From positions 39,690 through 103,689 of the forward strand of contig CANGBC010000008.1 in NCBI GenBank assembly GCA_947452005.1: a stretch of 64,000 nt of DNA, given 5' to 3'. The position numbers were made by a program, and so were the translations under genes. Shown here piece by piece: positions 58,958 to 64,000 of this stretch. Below the pieces are notes generated by a model. That model was not told the DNA's origin. It worked only from the letters and a program-made list of their open reading frames with translations, and searched no databases. Every line of letters begins with the position of its first letter. Within the stretch, counting starts at the first letter, position 1. The DNA comes from Beijerinckiaceae bacterium (GTDB lineage: Bacteria; Pseudomonadota; Alphaproteobacteria; Rhizobiales; Beijerinckiaceae).

Positions 58958-59043
58958 GTCACATTCCTCCCGCTCTCATTTTTGTGATCAAAGCTAGAGG
59001 TTTGCCGGAGGAATGCAAGACAGGCGGCCCGGTTGCCCCGGGG

Positions 59044-60243
59044 TTACAGCCTCTTGCCGCGCGCTCCGCGCCAGAAGACAGCGATCGACAGACCCAGAAT
59101 GACCATGGAGCCCATCAATCCGCCCTGATAGCCAAAGCCCAGATTCTCCGACAGCAATCCGGTGAAGAACGGCCCGAGGATGAGCGCGAAATCCTGCGCC
59201 GTGCGCAGCAAGCCCATATAGATGCCGCGCTGGTTTTCAGGCGCGACGTCGGCGACATAGGCAATGAGGGTTGGCGTGGCAATGCCCGACCCCGCACCAA
59301 ACATAATGGCGGTCAGCCACAAAAACACCGGATGATGGCCAAAGGCCAGAAGGGCGCAAGCAGTAAAGGTCGCCATCCCCGCGATGATGATCGCACCCAC
59401 GCGGCCAAACTCGCGCGACAGCGCCGCATTGAAGGGCAGAACCGCGAGATTGGCGCAGGCGCCAACCGTCAAAAGCACGCCAATGGCCGCCATATCCCAA
59501 TTGAACTGGCTTTGCGCAATGAGCGGCATGACGATCCAGTTGGATGCTGTACGCGCATAGAAAATCGCAAAATACATCAGGCCAACGCCGGCACTGGCCA
59601 CAGCAATGGCACGCATATTGTCGATGCGCGATTTGCCCGCTTCATGTTTCTTCTCGGCAGGCCAGGGAATGACCGCGAAAGCAATGACACCCGCCAGCGC
59701 AATCAATCCATTGACGAAATATGGCGCGGAATAACCCCACCCCGCCGCGACGAGTCCACCGATAGCCGGCCCCAGCGCCGTGCCCGTCATATTGGCGGCC
59801 TGATAGAAAGAGGCGTCGCGCAAACGCTGGCCCGGCGTGCCCAGATCCGCCACCGCAGCCAGCGCCGCTGTCATGAATGAGGCGGACGCCATGCCCAACA
59901 TCAGAATGCCGACAAAGAAGGCCTCGAGCGAATGGGTCATCACGACGCCAAACGAGGCCAGGGTCAGCAGAATGCAGCCCAATTGCATGAGTCGGCGGCG
60001 GCCAAAGCGCTCGGAGGCAATGCCGGAGGGCATATTGGCCATCAGCCGCGCGCCCCCATAGCAGGAGACCAAGAGCCCGATCATCGTGGTGCCTGCGCCC
60101 AGCTCCTGCCCATAGAGGGCAATCACCGACCAGACCATGCCATTGCCGATCTGCTTCAGGAAGACCAGCGACATGAGCACGAGCAGCGGCCCCGAGGGCA
60201 ATTCGGGGATCCAGCGAGACAAAAGGGTGCGGACAGGACGCAA
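59044..60243 (-). CDS. MFS transporter
   Basis: about 12 hydrophobic segments, GIASERFGRR, GPAIGG; start uncertain. Confidence 0.88.
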   Translation of the reverse strand: MRPVRTLLSRWIPELPSGPLLVLMSLVFLKQIGNGMVWSVIALYGQELGAGTTMIGLLVSCYGGARLMANMPSGIASERFGRRRLMQLGCILLTLASFGVVMTHSLEAFFVGILMLGMASASFMTAALAAVADLGTPGQRLRDASFYQAANMTGTALGPAIGGLVAAGWGYSAPYFVNGLIALAGVIAFAVIPWPAEKKHEAGKSRIDNMRAIAVASAGVGLMYFAIFYARTASNWIVMPLIAQSQFNWDMAAIGVLLTVGACANLAVLPFNAALSREFGRVGAIIIAGMATFTACALLAFGHHPVFLWLTAIMFGAGSGIATPTLIAYVADVAPENQRGIYMGLLRTAQDFALILGPFFTGLLSENLGFGYQGGLMGSMVILGLSIAVFWRGARGKRL

Positions 60244-60399
60244 GGCAGGGACTTCCTCTGGCCCCGGGGACCGGGACTCACGACAATTTCATGATCTTCT
60301 AGCAAGGGATCACCCCCGTGACACCCCGTGGTGATGCTTTGGGTCTTGCATTGTTGGCATCCGCGCACCAGAAAGGGCTGATCTCAAGGAGGAAACCCT

Positions 60400-61410
60400 A
60401 TGAAAAGGACGCTCGGCGCCGCAGCGCTCGCCACCCTCGTCGCAGCCTCGCCCGCCCTGGCGGCAGATGAGGATTTCTTCAAAGGCAAGACAATTACCGT
60501 CTACATCGGCTTCTCGCCCGGTGGCACCTATGACCTCTTCGGCCGCATGGTCGCGCGCTTCATCAGCAAGCAGATCCCCGGCAATCCGACGGTCGTGGCA
60601 TCCAACATGCCGGGTGCGGGATCTTTCACCGCCTCCAACTGGCTCTATCGCATCGCGCCGAAAGACGGCACGGCGCTGGGCACTGTCTCGCAGACGCTGG
60701 CGATTGACGAAGCGCTGAAGGCCAAGGGCGTGCAGTTCAAAGCTGCCGAATTCACCTGGATTGGCCGCGTGACCTCCAACATTGAAGTGCAGGTCATCTC
60801 GACCCGCACACCGGCCTATACGCTGGCGGGTGCCAAGACACTCGTTGTGCCCACCGCCTCCACAGGCCCGGGCTCGCCGTCTGACACCTATCCCAAGCTG
60901 ATGAACGAGGTCGCTGGCACCAAGTTCAAGATCATCCGCGGCTTCCCCGGCTCGACCGATGGTCTGCTGGCGGTGGAACGTGGCGAGACGGAAGCTGCGC
61001 TGACATCGTGGAACACGATGAAGTCGACGCGCATGCATTGGCTGACAGAAAAGAAAGCCGCACTCTTCGTGCAATATGCATCTCAGCGCTCGCCCGAGTT
61101 GAAGGACGTCCCCACATTGGTGGAACTCGCCTCCAATGAAGACGACCGCAAGCTCTTGGCCTTTGCTGTGTCGAGCGCTGAAATTGGCCGCTCGATCCTC
61201 GCCCCTCCAGGCGTGCCTGCTGATCGCACCGCGATCCTGCGCAAGGCTTTCGATGCGACAATGAAAGACCCGGAACTGCTGGCCGAAATCCAGAAGTCCA
61301 ATCTCGACTTCGAGCCACTGGATGGTGCCTCGCTCGCCAAGATCGTCGCCGCCGCCGCCAATGCCGACGACAAAGTCGTCGCCCGCATGCAGAAGATCAC
61401 CGAGGACTAA
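60400..61410 (+). CDS. Bug/TctC substrate-binding protein
   Basis: signal peptide, GKTITVYIGFSPGGTYD, NMPGAGS, APKDG. Confidence 0.9.
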   Translation: MKRTLGAAALATLVAASPALAADEDFFKGKTITVYIGFSPGGTYDLFGRMVARFISKQIPGNPTVVASNMPGAGSFTASNWLYRIAPKDGTALGTVSQTLAIDEALKAKGVQFKAAEFTWIGRVTSNIEVQVISTRTPAYTLAGAKTLVVPTASTGPGSPSDTYPKLMNEVAGTKFKIIRGFPGSTDGLLAVERGETEAALTSWNTMKSTRMHWLTEKKAALFVQYASQRSPELKDVPTLVELASNEDDRKLLAFAVSSAEIGRSILAPPGVPADRTAILRKAFDATMKDPELLAEIQKSNLDFEPLDGASLAKIVAAAANADDKVVARMQKITED

Positions 61411-61431
61411 GCGCCTCGCTCAAGATGACGG

Positions 61432-61461
61432 AAAGGCCGGCCTCTGTGCCGGCCTTTTTTT
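61432..61461 (+). terminator. intrinsic terminator
   Basis: AAAGGCCGGC-CTCTGT-GCCGGCCTTTTTTT. Confidence 0.82.
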
Positions 61462-61503
61462 ATGCGCCCGCTTCAAACGGCACGCTCCTTGCTCTCCCTC
61501 AGA

Positions 61504-61803
61504 ATGACCCGCGCGGTGCGTGAAGCAAAAGGCACCAAGCCAAAGCCGCGCGCGATCAAGACCGAGGAGAGACGAGTGACACATATTGGCCATCCCGCAG
61601 AAAGTCCCTGCCGTGTCTGCGGTTTTCAGAACGCCCCAAGGCCCGCAGCCAGCGTCATGAAATGCGTCTGCTGCGGCGTGCGCATGGGGCTGGAAGACCA
61701 GCGCCCCGCTGATGTTGCCATGTGGCGGGCCAAATGGATTTCCAACGGCGGCCGCTGGCAAGACACCCCGCACGCACCATCAGCCTCAGCCGCGCGAAGT
61801 TGA
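61504..61803 (+). CDS. small Cys-rich hypothetical protein
   Basis: CRVCG...CVCCGVRMGLED...WRAKWISNGGRW; start uncertain (61504 ATG or 61577 GTG region). Confidence 0.55.
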   Translation: MTRAVREAKGTKPKPRAIKTEERRVTHIGHPAESPCRVCGFQNAPRPAASVMKCVCCGVRMGLEDQRPADVAMWRAKWISNGGRWQDTPHAPSASAARS

Positions 61804-62046
61804 TGCAGCCCCTGCCCCACAATCGGCCAAGTGATGAAAGCACGAGCAATCTTCCGCAACGCACAAACAATTGCAATCCGCACGGAGCTGGCCTTTAGGC
61901 CGCTTCACAAGCGCGAGCCCCTCACCTAGGCTTAAGCCTATGGCCGCCTCAGACAGGCCTTGAGGGAGGACCATTTCGCAAGACCGCGTTGGGCGGGACA
62001 CGGCAATTCTTTTATCCATTTTCAAATGAAGCGAAAGATTAGGAAC

Positions 62047-63039
62047 ATGTTTCATCCTTTTGTAAAAAAGCTGCTGGCCGCTGCATGGCTTGCTGGGAGT
62101 TTTGCCTCCTTGGCGCAGGCCCAGGATGCGAAAGCCTCCCTGCCCGCACGCATCGATGTCCTTCCGTTCGAATCCATCACCCTGTCGGACAGCGCGTTCC
62201 TCAAAGGTGACAGCAGCGCGGCCAAGACGGTGATGGTCGCCGGGCAATTGTACATTGCGCAAGCATCGGGAAAAACGCCGGTCGTCGTCATCTTGCATGG
62301 ATCGGCAGGGATCAACGGAGGCAGCGAACTCTGGGCTCGCGAATTTGCAGAGATGGGTGTGTCAACGCTGCTGGTAGACAGTTTTTCGGGCCGTGGCATC
62401 GTCTCAACGCTTGACGATCAGTCGCAGCTTGGTCGCCTCAACATGGTGGTCGACGCCTATCGCGCGATCGGCAAGCTCAAGACCCATCCGCGCGTGGACA
62501 CATCACGCATCGCGCTCATGGGCTTTTCACGCGGCGGACAAGCGGCTCTCTACGCCAGCCTCGAACGATTCCACGGGCTTTGGAATTCATCGGGCGCAGA
62601 TTTCGCCGCCTACATTCCGTTTTATTCCGATTGCAAGACGGCGTTCATCGACGACGTCAAAGTCAAACCGGTGCCGATACGCATGCATCATGGTGAGGCC
62701 GACGATTACGTCCCCGTATCAGGATGCGTGGCCTATGCGGAGCGCCTGAAGGCGGCTGGCCGAGATGCACAGCTCACGATCTACAAGGACGCGCACCACG
62801 TGTTCGATTCACCGCTCAGCCCGGCGAAGCCCTTCGTTTTGGCGCAAGCGCAAACGATACGCCAATGTTTCATGGCGGAAACATCTCTGGGCGAAATCGT
62901 CAATGTGAAGTCGGGGCAGCCGTTCACCTATGCCGATCCCTGCGTCGAACGCGGACCTCACGTCGGCTACAACGCGGACGCCGCGACTGCCGCACGCGCC
63001 AGCGTGCGTGAGACATTGAAAATGGTGTTCAAACTTTAG
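62047..63039 (+). CDS. secreted dienelactone hydrolase family protein
   Basis: signal peptide, ILHGSAG, MGFSRGG, GEADDY, AHHVFD. Confidence 0.88.
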   Translation: MFHPFVKKLLAAAWLAGSFASLAQAQDAKASLPARIDVLPFESITLSDSAFLKGDSSAAKTVMVAGQLYIAQASGKTPVVVILHGSAGINGGSELWAREFAEMGVSTLLVDSFSGRGIVSTLDDQSQLGRLNMVVDAYRAIGKLKTHPRVDTSRIALMGFSRGGQAALYASLERFHGLWNSSGADFAAYIPFYSDCKTAFIDDVKVKPVPIRMHHGEADDYVPVSGCVAYAERLKAAGRDAQLTIYKDAHHVFDSPLSPAKPFVLAQAQTIRQCFMAETSLGEIVNVKSGQPFTYADPCVERGPHVGYNADAATAARASVRETLKMVFKL

Positions 63040-63082
63040 AAGTCTTTTTTGCTCGTCTTCGCAAGACTGGAAAAACAGCACG

Positions 63083-63198
63083 ACCCCCACCCCTAGCCCC
63101 TCCCCACAAAGGGGGCGGGGGATCAGGGTGGCGCTGCCTTTATTCCCTCCCCCTTATGGGGAGGGACGAGTCTGCGAAGCAGAGCGAGGGTAGCGGTT
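63083..63198. repeat. palindromic element family B (CCCTCCCC...GGGGAGGG type)
   Basis: CCCCACCCCTAGCCCCTCCCCACAAAGGGGGCGGGG...CCCTCCCCCTTATGGGGAGGG...GAGGG. Confidence 0.75.
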
Positions 63199-63255
63199 GT
63201 GCAACATCCGGTTTGATCGCGTGATCCTCTCACATCAACCACGCGTATCGCCCCC

Positions 63256-63741
63256 ATGCGCCAGACGATCAAATTCCTGCACACACTGTCCTCCGCCGGG
63301 CTGATCGGCGCACTGGTGGCCTATTTGCTTGTGCTGTGGAAAGCCCCGCAGGACAGCCTCGCCCAATATGCCGACCTGCGCGAGACGATCAGCCTGATCG
63401 CCCGCTACATCCTCGTGCCCTCGCTTGGCCTGTCACTGGTCAGCGGCCTCCTGTCGATGATGGTGCACCGCCCCTATCAGGAGAAGCGCTGGGCCTGGGC
63501 CAAAGCCTTTCTGGGTCTGGCCATGTTTGAATCCACACTCGCCATCACACAGGCCAAAGCCATTGATGCTGCCGAACTCGCCGCCCGCGTGGCGCAGGGT
63601 GATGGCGCCGACAAGGCGCAAGCTCTGCTGACTGAGGCATTGCATGGCGAATGGAATGTGCTGTGGGCCATTCTGGCCATCTCTTGCGCGCAAACCGCGC
63701 TTGGCATCTGGCGGCCGAAACTGGAATTGCCCAAAACTTGA
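63256..63741 (+). CDS. DUF2269-like membrane protein
   Basis: KFLHT, four hydrophobic helices, W..AK, C-terminal LGIWRP. Confidence 0.7.
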   Translation: MRQTIKFLHTLSSAGLIGALVAYLLVLWKAPQDSLAQYADLRETISLIARYILVPSLGLSLVSGLLSMMVHRPYQEKRWAWAKAFLGLAMFESTLAITQAKAIDAAELAARVAQGDGADKAQALLTEALHGEWNVLWAILAISCAQTALGIWRPKLELPKT

Positions 63742-63846
63742 CTTAAAGCGGCAAGCAACCAAAATTCGATATCACAAACCGAAAATCGGATTGTCAGCGC
63801 AGCTCTTGGCAACGATCATTCCCGGATCGCGCCAATGAGAAGAAAA

Positions 63847-64000
63847 ATGCTGATCCTGAACAATCAAGACGTCACCGACCATCTCACCATGGGGGACGCG
63901 ATTGACGCGCTCGATCGGGCCTATCGGCAGCTCGTCACCAAAGAAGCCGTCTGCAAGCCGCGCACAGATGTGCAAATCCCAACCAGCCAGCACGGCAAAG
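63847..64000 (+). CDS. ornithine cyclodeaminase/mu-crystallin family protein (5' part, runs off the window)
   Basis: MLILNNQDVTDHLTMGDAIDALDRAYRQLVTKEAVCKPRTD. Confidence 0.7.
   Translation, partial: MLILNNQDVTDHLTMGDAIDALDRAYRQLVTKEAVCKPRTDVQIPTSQHGK

Overview
A GC-rich chromosomal window from an alphaproteobacterium; gene content and order point to Hyphomicrobiales. Most of it is core or metabolic: thrS-yidD-IscU-like, folE, hisI, cysE, tRNA-Leu(TAA), gpt, map, a form II coxG-S-L-M-D-E-XdhC-MocA molybdo-hydroxylase cluster, pcaDC, rpe, purB, a liv ABC transporter, ccdA, ssuADCB, an RND pump and an MFS transporter. Accessory DNA comprises a BrnT/BrnA toxin-antitoxin pair; an integrase-less, lower-GC island at about 16.1-24.0 kb (hypothetical gene pair with a repeated DNA motif, XRE/Gp157/Rad52-like module, bgsBA-like beta-glucan synthase between IS3-type ends, gene fragments); and a stand-alone Type IIG/ISP-like restriction-modification gene. 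Twelve full or partial copies of a CGTCATTGCGAG...CTCGCAATGACG palindromic element are scattered through the window, one of them in-frame inside the RM gene. Best candidate for an undescribed system: a composite sulfur-sensing leader of the ssu operon, in which a SAM-II-type riboswitch is followed by a 10-codon Met/Cys-rich leader peptide (MTMSCCPYHS) and attenuator-like hairpins. Other notable items are a PcaD fused to a 104-aa histone-H1-like tail and a tRNA-Thr anticodon-mimic hairpin in the thrS leader. All calls come from reading the sequence and recalling families; no searches or folding programs were run.
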